Virus record (IMG/VR): IMGVR_UViG_3300037634_005573
Location: 1 to 64,000 of that record
Source of the DNA: a virus
Lineage: Duplodnaviria; Caudoviricetes
Direction: 5' to 3' (one strand)
Length of the DNA stretch: 64,000 nucleotides
A program made the position numbers and the translations under genes. Positions 17,099 through 27,426 of the stretch are shown here, piece after piece; the stretch's first letter is position 1, and each line of letters starts with the position of its first letter. Below the pieces are notes generated by a model. The model ran no database searches. It had not been told where the DNA came from and saw only the letters and a list, made by a program, of their open reading frames with translations.

Positions 17099-18262
17099 TT
17101 ACATATCCAACTTTATCTTGAATGTGAAATCCCTGTTCAAAGTTTTTCGAATTGGTTTAGACAAAGTAGCAATGCCTATCAGGTTGTTGTCGTCATCATA
17201 CACGCCTATCTTGCTAATAAATGTTTGCTTCTCGAAGCTAGCAGTAGGAGTTAAATAAGAGGCAGAAATAGCATTTTTGATCTTTAACTGTGGCTCGATA
17301 TATTGATAAGTTCCGGAGTTTGCCACTTTTGATACAGACTGGCTATATTGAATATATGTAGGGTTTGTTGAGAAGTCTAGCTCGCCTTTTGGAGCATGAC
17401 AAAACATCGTTATGTTTGGGACAAGATTGGTTGCCTCAAAGGCCATATTGTAACTAGATGAGGTCTCAGAGCCGCCGGCGTTTCCATCATTCATTCCTGT
17501 TGCAAAATAGACCCACTTGGCTTGATCCGGATTATTATCCGGATAGGTATAGGTCGTTATTGTCAAATCCCAAGAGCCGGTTATCAAAACTATGCCTTCA
17601 TCATAAAGAATGACGCCGGCGACGGATCCGGAGCCAGTAGAGCCTTCCGGGCCTATCTGAATTAACTCCCCATTAGAATTGGAATCTTTTAGCTCACCGA
17701 CAAGGGTGCCGGTTATATAATATTTTAGATTAACAGTGCCCTTGCGAAGGCGGCCCCCATAAAAGATGTTAGGAACAGAAATCAAATTAATCTGTTGTGT
17801 GGCCTTGTTGCCTAAACTGGAATCATATGCATAGTGGGCAGATTTTGGAGAATAATAGTTAAGTGTGTTTTTGAGTGCGGTGATTCTATTTCTGCTTGAA
17901 TTTGTTGCGAAAAACTCCCTAGTTACAGAGGAAGTAACGGGGTACGCCCCGGTGATTTGTTGCGAAGGGCCATATTGTGTGTGATAGTCCGCATCAGTAA
18001 TATCCCGGAAAGCCAACAGATCGTCCGTTTTATAGACAAAGGGATAAACAAGCCCGGTAGTGGCTGTATTTCTATCAACATTCAACTCGAACAAAGAAAG
18101 ATTACCGATGGCAGACACCACGCTAGCGTCAAAGGCGCCGGATTGCAAACTCTTCTTGTTGTAATAGACCGAAGAATCAAAAACAAAGAATTCTTGCTTT
18201 GGGGTAGCTTCAATCTGATTGTAGAATATGTCTAATTCTTTGAATTTGTATAAGCTAGACAC
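17099..18262 (-). CDS. Putative virion (tail/baseplate) protein, paralog of 18277
   Basis: C-terminal FSTNPTY...ISKIGVYDDDNNLIGIATLSKPIRK...FKIKLDM resembles the tail-collar/fibre-anchor (DUF3751-like) IxxxGLYD motif. Confidence 0.65.
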   Translation of the reverse strand: MSSLYKFKELDIFYNQIEATPKQEFFVFDSSVYYNKKSLQSGAFDASVVSAIGNLSLFELNVDRNTATTGLVYPFVYKTDDLLAFRDITDADYHTQYGPSQQITGAYPVTSSVTREFFATNSSRNRITALKNTLNYYSPKSAHYAYDSSLGNKATQQINLISVPNIFYGGRLRKGTVNLKYYITGTLVGELKDSNSNGELIQIGPEGSTGSGSVAGVILYDEGIVLITGSWDLTITTYTYPDNNPDQAKWVYFATGMNDGNAGGSETSSSYNMAFEATNLVPNITMFCHAPKGELDFSTNPTYIQYSQSVSKVANSGTYQYIEPQLKIKNAISASYLTPTASFEKQTFISKIGVYDDDNNLIGIATLSKPIRKTLNRDFTFKIKLDM

Positions 18263-18276
18263 AGCTTACCTCCACA

Positions 18277-19386
18277 TTAGTAGTCGAGGCGCACACGAAG
18301 AGTAAATTCTCCTGCGGGATCTTTTCTTTGTGGAGCCGAAAGTTTGCCAACTGCTAAAAGCTCGCGGTCTGGAGAATATAGCCCGACCGCGGTTGGATAA
18401 GCAACTGGCGGGTCGCTTCTTCTTTGCTTGACGCGGATCTTACTATTCGCCAAATATGTCGGATTCGAGCTATAATTGAACTCGTTGTGATTAACGCGAC
18501 AAAAATAAACAGTCGAGTTTATCTCGGTGGTGTTATTGAAAGAAACATTATAGAGTCTGTTTCTTAGGGCGTCAGCCGTAGCCTGGATGGTCGAGCCAGT
18601 AATCATGGCCGGTATAAGATCTCCGCCAACATTCATCGTCAGGCTGGAGCTTAGAATTCCTTGATTTCCATTGATGTTTTGCGTGCTGTCGCACATTATT
18701 ATGACCGGGTTGATCACAGCAATGCCGGCTTGATAATATATCAGGCCCACCGCCGCGGCGGAAGCGCCACCAGCTTGGATAGTAGTGCCACTCACTGGAG
18801 AGCCTGCCGAGTTCGTAATATACAGAATACCGTATTCCCCGGCCGGTGAGTTCGTTTTATATACATCTGCGGCGCCGGAGTCATAAACCTTGATTCGGAG
18901 CGCTGATGACGCCGGGACTGCATACCCACTTGATGCCATAAACTCTAGTGCAAAAGTTCCTTTCTTGATTTCGTCTTTGGAGAGAAGCCGAGAAAAATTG
19001 AAATACACCAAATCAGTATGAGTGCTTCCAGTGGCTAATTGCCCATCCCTATCAAAGTTTCGGACAGAGCCGGTTTCATCAAAGCCAACCAACACTTGAG
19101 CTAATTCGTTGTAAATATTAACCTTCTTTGTAGCTTGCGACGTGATGGTGACAGCACCGGAATAGCCCGTCGAAACTCCCAAAGTCAAATCAAAGATATG
19201 GTTTGCCGAAGAAGACAAGTATGGGTAATCATAAACCGACTGGAACATTCCATGACTATAATTTTTGATGTTATTATCGGAGTAAGTTCCCGAGATGATG
19301 GTTCCTGTAATAGGCACCGACTCATGCAGGAGAGTCCTTGTGCTTGTTACATCATTGGAGGTAAATTGTTTATAAACTCTAGCCAT
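18277..19386 (-). CDS. Putative virion (tail/baseplate) protein, paralog of 17099
   Basis: C-terminal FNYSSNPTY...PTAVGLYSPDRELLAVGKLSAPQRK...LRVRLDY. Confidence 0.65.
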   Translation of the reverse strand: MARVYKQFTSNDVTSTRTLLHESVPITGTIISGTYSDNNIKNYSHGMFQSVYDYPYLSSSANHIFDLTLGVSTGYSGAVTITSQATKKVNIYNELAQVLVGFDETGSVRNFDRDGQLATGSTHTDLVYFNFSRLLSKDEIKKGTFALEFMASSGYAVPASSALRIKVYDSGAADVYKTNSPAGEYGILYITNSAGSPVSGTTIQAGGASAAAVGLIYYQAGIAVINPVIIMCDSTQNINGNQGILSSSLTMNVGGDLIPAMITGSTIQATADALRNRLYNVSFNNTTEINSTVYFCRVNHNEFNYSSNPTYLANSKIRVKQRRSDPPVAYPTAVGLYSPDRELLAVGKLSAPQRKDPAGEFTLRVRLDY

Positions 19387-19412
19387 TTTTCTTTCCTTTT
19401 AATTAAAATTTG

Positions 19413-20315
19413 TTAGGGTAATTTGATAAATCTTACCGGAATATCAACTCGATAGCCGGTCGTTAGGCCCTCAATACTAATAAAAGTATCGATGTAGTTA
19501 ACTGTTTCGCCTTCTACAGTGGTGGTTCCGCCCAACTCTGTAAACAACGAATCTGAATCACGGAGGTTTAAGCTGGTCGAGATTTTAAGACTCAATATTG
19601 TCCCACGAGAACCGGCGATAGTTTGAGTGCTCGTTCCGGAAGAGGTGATAGTATTCCTGGTGACCACCTTGCTCGCGCCTGCCGTCAAGGAGAAATAGTA
19701 GGAAGCAATGCCATCATCATCGATGAAGCTTGTGCTAGCCAGGGCGCCGTAGGAGTCGGCCAAATTTCCCAAGTCATTATTGATCTTAACAATATATTGA
19801 CTTTCCACTAACGCAGGGGGAAGTTGTGTGCTGGGAGGGACCGCCGAGTTATCGATGCCTTGGTCAAGGCGAATAAACTTTGCATCATCAGTAGGATCAT
19901 AACCGTTGAGTATTCCCTGCACGTTTTGTAGCGCGGTGGTCTCTGCTGTGGTCTGGTCGGCAGTAATAATAAAAAGATTACTTGCAGCATGTCTTTTATT
20001 GCTGTTGGCCAACTCGTTCAACTTGATAACCGGAAGATAAAGCAAATCGTTTCGTGAAAGCGACATAAGCTTTGACTTCATAAAGGAAGCGTTATTTGTA
20101 AAGGCCTCCAATATTGGAGTAAGTTTGATATTTTGATCATAGTAAGCCGAGCCACTAGCATTGGTTGAATCGTATAAAGAGTAGTCTATTTCGTCGTCTG
20201 CCAATGCAAAAGCAGTAATTTGAAAGCTACCATCGGCCTTGGCCAATCTCATCCGACCGGTGTCGGTTAAAACGGCGTCCAAGATAATGTCGCCGGAATT
20301 GTCTAAAAATCCCAT
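19413..20315 (-). CDS. Putative virion structural protein
   Basis: MGFLDNSGDIILDAVLTDTGRMRLAKADGSFQITAFALADDEIDY; N-terminus related to 26366; two candidate late-promoter motifs upstream. Confidence 0.7.
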   Translation of the reverse strand: MGFLDNSGDIILDAVLTDTGRMRLAKADGSFQITAFALADDEIDYSLYDSTNASGSAYYDQNIKLTPILEAFTNNASFMKSKLMSLSRNDLLYLPVIKLNELANSNKRHAASNLFIITADQTTAETTALQNVQGILNGYDPTDDAKFIRLDQGIDNSAVPPSTQLPPALVESQYIVKINNDLGNLADSYGALASTSFIDDDGIASYYFSLTAGASKVVTRNTITSSGTSTQTIAGSRGTILSLKISTSLNLRDSDSLFTELGGTTTVEGETVNYIDTFISIEGLTTGYRVDIPVRFIKLP

Positions 20316-20348
20316 GTTTTTCCTCTTATGAGAACTATTGTTCTCTAG

Positions 20349-20375
20349 TAATTAGTTCTATCATTATAAATAGTA
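20349..20375 (-). promoter_or_regulatory. Two tandem candidate late-promoter motifs (TACTATTTAT, AACTAATTA)
   Basis: In the 20316-20472 intergenic gap, followed by a GAGAAC-AATA-GTTCTC hairpin (20330-20345) and an AGAGGA SD. Confidence 0.6.
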
Positions 20376-20472
20376 TATCCGCTAGTGTTTTGTAAAAATA
20401 TCAAATTTTATTATCTAGATTGTTGGAGATTGAACTAAAGTTCTCTTGTAGCTTATTTGCCACATCAGATAA

Positions 20473-23400
20473 CTATTCGGCAGATGGGCCGCAACTTTCC
20501 GATGTTTCCACATATGTTATCTGAGGGTTAAGATTAATGTCGATTGATTTGCCAGTTTTACTGGATGTGATTCGGATCTTGTAAGACTTGCCCCAAATAA
20601 CCTCGTCCTTGTTGCCAGGGAGGGCCTTGTATAAATTTCCCCTTGCAGTAGCGATACCGTTGGCCAACATCGACTCCGTATTGATGGAGGATTGCATAAA
20701 AGTTGGTGAGAACAACAACAATCTTCTCATACGCGTGGAATTCTGCTTAAGTTGCCTATCCTTAAAATCAACTGCTCTTATAATTGGAAACACGGCGCCG
20801 CCATCGTTAACGACTTCTAACTCAAAAATTCTAGATGGATTTGAAATATTACCATTAATATCGACCGAGCGAAAAATATAATAATACTTTCGATTCGGTT
20901 CTACATCTTCGTTAAAGGAATATGAATTCGAATAAGGGCGTGTTTTTCCCGACAGGGCTGTCGAAAACTTCCGATAATAAGCTTTTTCAAAATCTTCGAA
21001 TCCATATGGGTGATAATCTATCCTAAACACTTCGTAGGCTGATACATCGTCGTCGCTAGAAAATGCCAACAAATCGTGATCGTTAAGCTCTCTCTGAGTC
21101 TTGAGATTGTTATAATACACCTGATCTGAGGCATTGATGACAACGAACTGTGTCCTATACTCTCCTTCCATTATGTTTAGGTTAACTAGAATCTTGTTGT
21201 CAATACCTTTATATGGAATAAATTGGACATCTGGGGCTACGGGTAGATCGCCATTGATTCTACCAGATGCTATAAAATATGGGATTTCGAAGATTAGCGG
21301 CTCCGGGACCGTGGCTGCTAAAAACCTAGCCTCGCAATGTTTGACGCTTGGCGCCGGCGTGGTATGGCCGGGTGGGAGTTCTTCGGAATCGCCGCGGGGG
21401 CTATCTTGTAAGATTCCTGGCGTGGTCCGACCGGAGCCCACATCTTCTATAAGGTTTCTCAGGGTTTGGACCGATTCATTTGTGTGAATTGCTTTGAGAT
21501 CCGGATCCGGTTGGCTGGCCAGCAAATCCTCGGCAACGTCTCTTACTTGCTGCGCCAACTCTGATTTTCGGGGGGCGCTCCATAAAAAGTCAGACGCATC
21601 GGGAGCAGCCTCGTCCGGTCGCGAAGTGCCACCGATGGATGGTTTGATTGGAGGGGCAGTGAGGGTTTCGTCGGTAGGGTCTTCAGGTGTCGGGCGCTTT
21701 GATGTAGAGGTGCCGGCGTTGTAGTAAAAATATCGACTCTCCACTACGAGAAGATAAGCATGTACCACATATGTGTATTGCTTGTTGGCCTTAACTTGAC
21801 TGTCGGCGTAACTAACTACGTCGGCCAATGTTGAATTGAAAAACCAAAAATTCTGAATTGGTGAGGATAACTCTCCCACCTTGTCATACATTGTATCTTC
21901 TTTTAGATCTCCTTCATTCAGATCGAAATCAGCATCACTATATTTTGAAATTCGATAAGCAACCACTTCTTGATGAGGCTTGTGGCCCTTGATAATCTCT
22001 TCGAAACTTCTGTTTTTCTGTTGAATGGTTTTAGAAATCTGATCTCGCAAAACTGTATATCTAAACTTCTTGTTATAATAGCCGGTGGGCGGGGTGGTAT
22101 CGTTAGCCAAGCGAATTGCCTCGGTTCGAGGCCCAAAGAAGAAAACGCCGGGTGTCCAGGAGAGGTCGTCAAAGCCGAGATGGGGGCCGGGGATTCCGTC
22201 CGAGGCGAGCGATTCATCGAGTAGCCTAAAGAACCACTCATTAAGGCCCCAGGCGCTGATTTGGGCGTCTGGTTCTTCTAGGAGGGTGTTGCTCTTTTGA
22301 GCCGATAGCTGGCGGAATGCTTTATAGAGTTGGGTTTTATCAATCGGTGGTGCCTCTGATAGATGTCGCAACATAAAGCCATCTTGTTTTTGTTCTTGGA
22401 TATCTGTGACTATCTCCTTTGGTCGGTGCTTATCAAATTGGATTTCTGTGTAAGCGGAGACCACAAACTTAAATGGGTAGAAGTTGTTTAAAAGAGGTAA
22501 ATTATCTCCCACCACTAGGAGCTTGTCTAGCGGAGTCTTGAGAACGAGAGTAATGAACTTCTTCTCCAAACACTCAATATCGTTTTTTAACTTTAGGACG
22601 ATAGGAATAATATTTTTCTTTCCAGCCAAGGCATAAATATTAACAAGTTTATTTTCCTCTAACCCGTGCTTCTCAACAAACTTTTGATAAGTCAAGGCAG
22701 CGTAATTGTAGCGAAAATCTACGTCGGCTTTCATGACAGACTTTGAATTAGCTATCTCTTCGTCATCCTCATAGTTTGTCAACGGGGCATCAAGTTTAAA
22801 ATAAGAATCTTCAAACAAGACAATATTATAGTTTGGAAAAGGTTCGGGGGTAGAACCCTGTATTACTTGTCCGGAGTCGCTCGGGCCTGAAGCGTCGATG
22901 GGAGATAGTTCCAAAAGAGCTTGCTCGGGACCAAGAACAGATTCCAAAGCTTTTTTAAGCATCCCAGAAATCTCTGGATCCGAATAATTTAATTCTTCTA
23001 ATCTTTTCTCGGAGGGGATCCCGGCGCGAGATAGCAACGCCAGAAACAAAGCTAAAATTCGAACAAAGAGAGTGCTTATCTTGGAATTTAGTAAAGCAGT
23101 TAGTGGCGCTTGGAGGCTTGGTGGGGCTAGAGAAATGGTGCGTGCAACGGAGGTAAAGAGGGTGCTATCTGTGATAGCTTTAAAAATAAGATCCTTTAAA
23201 GCTTGATTTGCGGACGAACCAAAATCAAACATTTTTAAAGTATCAAGCCCGTAGATCTCGTCAAACTTTATCGTCTTATCTTCGATATCTGTGCCAAAAA
23301 AATAACGATACCAACATGGCACGCATTTTGGGTAAGGACCAAATACGTTTGCATCTGCCATGAAAGTGATCCCAGTTATTTTTAAATTGCTTGGCAACAA

Positions 23401-23640
23401 ATCAGAAGTATCAAAATTTATAGTTTTACCTAACTTTATAGAAAAGGGGAAATCCTTCTTTTCCTGAAAGTCTAGGTTCTTTTTATCGTCGATGTAGTAA
23501 TAATTTCCTATTATCTGACGTATTCGATCTGGGATCCCAGTTGTTACGTTGCGGGGTGAGCCAGAGTTGCTTATCTCTGGAAGGTCCTCCCGCTTGTAAT
23601 TCTGGTTGTTAACAAATCTAAATCTTTTATTTCCAATCAT
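20473..23640 (-). CDS. Large hypothetical virion-module protein with FN3/Ig-like segments
   Basis: YADSQVKANKQYTYVVHAY and EDVEPNRKYYYIFRSVDINGNISNPS resemble FN3 C-terminal strands. Confidence 0.65.
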   Translation of the reverse strand: MIGNKRFRFVNNQNYKREDLPEISNSGSPRNVTTGIPDRIRQIIGNYYYIDDKKNLDFQEKKDFPFSIKLGKTINFDTSDLLPSNLKITGITFMADANVFGPYPKCVPCWYRYFFGTDIEDKTIKFDEIYGLDTLKMFDFGSSANQALKDLIFKAITDSTLFTSVARTISLAPPSLQAPLTALLNSKISTLFVRILALFLALLSRAGIPSEKRLEELNYSDPEISGMLKKALESVLGPEQALLELSPIDASGPSDSGQVIQGSTPEPFPNYNIVLFEDSYFKLDAPLTNYEDDEEIANSKSVMKADVDFRYNYAALTYQKFVEKHGLEENKLVNIYALAGKKNIIPIVLKLKNDIECLEKKFITLVLKTPLDKLLVVGDNLPLLNNFYPFKFVVSAYTEIQFDKHRPKEIVTDIQEQKQDGFMLRHLSEAPPIDKTQLYKAFRQLSAQKSNTLLEEPDAQISAWGLNEWFFRLLDESLASDGIPGPHLGFDDLSWTPGVFFFGPRTEAIRLANDTTPPTGYYNKKFRYTVLRDQISKTIQQKNRSFEEIIKGHKPHQEVVAYRISKYSDADFDLNEGDLKEDTMYDKVGELSSPIQNFWFFNSTLADVVSYADSQVKANKQYTYVVHAYLLVVESRYFYYNAGTSTSKRPTPEDPTDETLTAPPIKPSIGGTSRPDEAAPDASDFLWSAPRKSELAQQVRDVAEDLLASQPDPDLKAIHTNESVQTLRNLIEDVGSGRTTPGILQDSPRGDSEELPPGHTTPAPSVKHCEARFLAATVPEPLIFEIPYFIASGRINGDLPVAPDVQFIPYKGIDNKILVNLNIMEGEYRTQFVVINASDQVYYNNLKTQRELNDHDLLAFSSDDDVSAYEVFRIDYHPYGFEDFEKAYYRKFSTALSGKTRPYSNSYSFNEDVEPNRKYYYIFRSVDINGNISNPSRIFELEVVNDGGAVFPIIRAVDFKDRQLKQNSTRMRRLLLFSPTFMQSSINTESMLANGIATARGNLYKALPGNKDEVIWGKSYKIRITSSKTGKSIDINLNPQITYVETSESCGPSAE

Positions 23641-26364
23641 CTATAAACCTATAAAAGTAATTTTGGGGGCGTTGCTATAACTAGTTCGCTCCGAAGTAGC
23701 GCTTTCTAAATTTCTCTGTGTCGTGGGATCAGAAGGGGAGACTCTTCTATCTCTTATCCCGCGGGGTTTTGTATTCTTGTTAGAGATCGTGAAATATTGC
23801 TTGAATACTGGAGTCTCTTTGGAACCAATGTTTAGCTCGTTATCTTGCAAGGTGAGTATTCTACAGAATATAAACCTCTGTGAGTTTAGTATGTTATCGT
23901 CGAGTGTCTTCCATTGCGCCATGGCAAGGTTAGTTCCCATCTCCAAATACTGAACTGTCCCTACTGCATTCATGAAATTATTTATAATTGCGCTGTTCTC
24001 TGCTGTGGACATATCGTCGTATCTTTCCTTCTGAGTTGAGAACTTAGACTTTGGATTATCTCTTCGTAAATAGGCTTGGTATGAAGGAGGGAAGCTCTCA
24101 AAGCTTCTAGTCTTTAGGATAGAATTAATATCCTTACTCATATCCGGTGGTGTGTTGGTGGTCTTAAAATTTGCTTCGAACTCGTTTTGACCATTAGCCC
24201 CAAAAATCTGTATAATTTCTTGAGTGGCGGCAGCAACCTCATCGTTAGCATAGCTCACCATATTCCCACTAATAAATTCACCGTTGCCTTCGAGATAGTC
24301 CTCGGAGTCTTTTAGTGTTGGGTTCTCGGATAGTGTGTCGAAATTGGGGCCAACAATAGAAACAGTAAGATCCATATCACTATTATCAACGTAACCCAGC
24401 GAGTCCTGGAGTAGCCTTCCTTCTAGGGCAGAGGGGATAGAATTGATTTTCTTAAAAAATAAATCGTTATAAGCCTCAATCTTAGTTAAATTAACTTGTT
24501 CCTCTCCTCCGACGATCACATTCGGGGTGAGAACAAACTTCGCATTTCTGACCAATTGGCCCAGACTACCATCATCGGTAGGTAAATTATCCCAAAATTT
24601 AAGAAGCTCCTGCTTTCCGCGGACTCCGATAGTCGAGGGGGTCATATCAAGGCTGCTAAACTCAATCGAAGCACGTTCGGTGGTATTAGCATTTTTCGGA
24701 ACATTGGAGGTTAGATAATCGTATCCTACTACGGCAACGTTCTGGATCGTCTTGGAGTAGAATTGTTTTGTTATTTGTGTTTTTTGCTTCTGGGTGGAGG
24801 ATCTTGAATTAGAAGATGTTTTCCCCAAAATATCGATATTAATAGATAAGTTGTCGGAGACTCTCATTAAAGTCTCCAAAAGAGAAGAGGTTATTTTGAT
24901 GAAGATATCGTGATTTTTGGCGCTGGCGGTGGGGTTGGCTAGGGAGGCCAAATATTGTTTAGAAGTGCAAGGCTGGCCGCCGAAATTAACCAAGAGTTCC
25001 GCATATAAATCCACAAGGCGCGCAATTCTGGGGATTATAGATTTTATATACCCAGCATCTATATCAACATTCTTGTTCTTTGATAAACTGCGCTGCTCAC
25101 TAATATAACCGTAATATCCGGAGCAAGAGGTAATATATTGTTGCAACAAAGATACGCTGTTTTTTAAATATTTGACAGAAGGATCTTGGAAGGTAAAAGT
25201 CACCAAATATTTGAATTCGTCCGGAGAAGGTGTAAAATCATCAAATTTAATAAATCTAACTATATTTTTATTCAAAGGTAGCTGTGTGATCGAAGCTATT
25301 GGTTGTTGGGCGCCTTCGAAGTTTTTAGTCTGTGTTCGGGGGGTAAAGATTCGATTGCTGTTTTCGGCAGTCGCAACCAAGAGTTTATTCATCTGCGAGT
25401 TTGATATATCAATTTTCTCTATTACTACCTCCTCGATTATGCCAGAATCATAAATTGAGGAATCCCTCAAATTTCTAATCAAAGAGTTGTTTCTCAGCAA
25501 GGTTCTTCTGTCAAAGGCAAAAAATGTCGTATTTGATTTTTGGTCATTACGAGTGATCCAGAAACGATTCGCGGGAATAGTTCTCTCGCTGGAGGTGGCT
25601 TTTTGTTGGTTTAAAGCCAGGTGATGCACTACTCCGGTGGTCGAACTTCTGATTAAGCACTTGTCGATTGAATGAAATCTCTTGTTATAGGAGTCCGGTG
25701 TGTGTGATGGCTTACCGCCGCTGTATATGTCGACGACACTTATGGGACTCTGGATTGAATCGGCAAAAGATAAATTGGTTCCGTAGTCGTTGTTGATAGC
25801 TTCTATATCCAAGCCCAAATAAGAAAAAACTGTTAAATCCTCTATGTTCTCCGGTAATGTGAAATTAAACCTTTGCTCGAACTGGTATCTCGTTACCTGC
25901 TTCCGAACAATAGTAGTCGGTGTGCGTGAATTGAACCCATTAATATTATATTTTTGCGTCGATACTCCCGGGGGAGAGTTTCCTAATTGACTTATAAATA
26001 GGCTATTATTCTTTTGGAATAAAGAAGAAAACTTCTTATTTGTTGAAGCAACTACTATTAAATTTAGATATTTAGAATATGAACTACCTTCGGGGCCACA
26101 ACCACAATGGCTGGTGGTAGGAGGCTGATACCAGGAGGAGCCGGGGGTTCCTGTATGATCTCCGCCGTCGCCGGGGATCCAACTGCTGGACTCATCTTCT
26201 TCTGGCCAGCCCCAATCAAGAGGGCCGGGGTCGCGGGGATATTCTCTGGATGGGGTGCATTGGCTAGCCAACTCGTCTTCCAAAGTGACGCCTATCTCCA
26301 GAACCGCTTGCTCTACACTCTCGTGGGTCGCTTTGTTGCTATTAATGGTCTCTTCGCCGGGCAT
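23641..26364 (-). CDS. Large hypothetical virion-module protein
   Basis: 907-aa ORF abutting both neighbours. Confidence 0.7.
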   Translation of the reverse strand: MPGEETINSNKATHESVEQAVLEIGVTLEDELASQCTPSREYPRDPGPLDWGWPEEDESSSWIPGDGGDHTGTPGSSWYQPPTTSHCGCGPEGSSYSKYLNLIVVASTNKKFSSLFQKNNSLFISQLGNSPPGVSTQKYNINGFNSRTPTTIVRKQVTRYQFEQRFNFTLPENIEDLTVFSYLGLDIEAINNDYGTNLSFADSIQSPISVVDIYSGGKPSHTPDSYNKRFHSIDKCLIRSSTTGVVHHLALNQQKATSSERTIPANRFWITRNDQKSNTTFFAFDRRTLLRNNSLIRNLRDSSIYDSGIIEEVVIEKIDISNSQMNKLLVATAENSNRIFTPRTQTKNFEGAQQPIASITQLPLNKNIVRFIKFDDFTPSPDEFKYLVTFTFQDPSVKYLKNSVSLLQQYITSCSGYYGYISEQRSLSKNKNVDIDAGYIKSIIPRIARLVDLYAELLVNFGGQPCTSKQYLASLANPTASAKNHDIFIKITSSLLETLMRVSDNLSINIDILGKTSSNSRSSTQKQKTQITKQFYSKTIQNVAVVGYDYLTSNVPKNANTTERASIEFSSLDMTPSTIGVRGKQELLKFWDNLPTDDGSLGQLVRNAKFVLTPNVIVGGEEQVNLTKIEAYNDLFFKKINSIPSALEGRLLQDSLGYVDNSDMDLTVSIVGPNFDTLSENPTLKDSEDYLEGNGEFISGNMVSYANDEVAAATQEIIQIFGANGQNEFEANFKTTNTPPDMSKDINSILKTRSFESFPPSYQAYLRRDNPKSKFSTQKERYDDMSTAENSAIINNFMNAVGTVQYLEMGTNLAMAQWKTLDDNILNSQRFIFCRILTLQDNELNIGSKETPVFKQYFTISNKNTKPRGIRDRRVSPSDPTTQRNLESATSERTSYSNAPKITFIGL

Positions 26365-26365
26365 A

Positions 26366-27424
26366 TTACTTTACCTCCGGGCAATTCTTAACTTCGGCTG
26401 CTTCCTGGTTGTAGATATCTCGGTTTGATTCTTTGGTGGAATCTTTGCAGTTCAGATCGTATTCGAGGTTTAAGTTGTGGCCCTTGTCTTTCAATTTATC
26501 AATCAAAGAGCATAATAGACTTTCCTCTATTTCGGAGTCTATTGATAAATTAAAGTAGTAAGCCAAGTCATCTTTGTCGGCGACGTTAGTAGTGAGGCTT
26601 GACAGGCTTGGAGGATCAACGAGATATCCTTGCTCGTCTATATTATCTTGCTTGGAAAACACTTTTAACGTCTTATATTGTAGAGAGTTAGAATCCTCGA
26701 CTTCGAAGACCTCTATTGTAAAGTTTTCATTTTCATAGTTTGTATTATCTTCCAGGATATCTAACACAAGATAATCTGGTTCAACTGCAAAATACGTGCC
26801 GTCTGAGAAAGGTTGTGATCTCAGGGCGAGATCCTCTTCAATACCGTTTGTCCCAGAAATATCGTCGCCTATAGCAATTTTGTATTCCAAATCAACATTA
26901 ATTTGTGGGATATCAATAACACCGTAGTCGGTATCCAAATAGCCTATCGAAGATAAAATACTATTTTTAAGAAGATTGATATTGAAAGACGGGCCAATCT
27001 GACTGTTTGTTTTAGAACTGCCTAGCCGATGTCGGAGTAGTAGGCTCTTTTCTATTGCATCCTGCTCGTGTAAATGTTTTGTCTTTAAAATCTTTTCCCT
27101 AAGAGAAGTGTTGGTCAAGGAATCCAGAGGGTTGGCATATTCTGGGGCGTCGGTGGTCTGGGCGTTGTTATATTCCCTTAAATAGCTTCTCGATTCCCTG
27201 ATATTTGTGACTGTCTTAATTCTTGGAGTTTGGTTTAAGACTCTTTCTTGTATTTCCTTTTGGCTTTCGCTAGAGTTTCCGGTCCATTCGGCATCGTATA
27301 ATACGCCGTCGTCGAAAAAAGCATACTTGGCCGGCTTGAACTTCCCTCTTGTCAGAAGGTGTCTCCCCCAATCAGTTAGTTCGAAGTCTATTACATCTTG
27401 TTTATCATCAAAAAATTCTGCCAT
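26366..27424 (-). CDS. Putative virion protein, N-terminus paralogous to 19413
   Basis: IDFELTDWGRHLLTRGKFKPAKYAFFDDGVLYD. Confidence 0.65.
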   Translation of the reverse strand: MAEFFDDKQDVIDFELTDWGRHLLTRGKFKPAKYAFFDDGVLYDAEWTGNSSESQKEIQERVLNQTPRIKTVTNIRESRSYLREYNNAQTTDAPEYANPLDSLTNTSLREKILKTKHLHEQDAIEKSLLLRHRLGSSKTNSQIGPSFNINLLKNSILSSIGYLDTDYGVIDIPQINVDLEYKIAIGDDISGTNGIEEDLALRSQPFSDGTYFAVEPDYLVLDILEDNTNYENENFTIEVFEVEDSNSLQYKTLKVFSKQDNIDEQGYLVDPPSLSSLTTNVADKDDLAYYFNLSIDSEIEESLLCSLIDKLKDKGHNLNLEYDLNCKDSTKESNRDIYNQEAAEVKNCPEVK

Positions 27425-27426
27425 TC

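Noticed and set aside
20363-20396. Possible sigma70 promoter TTTACA...TATAAT upstream of 20315
   Set aside because: The spacer is 22 nt, too long; the late-type motifs explain the region better.
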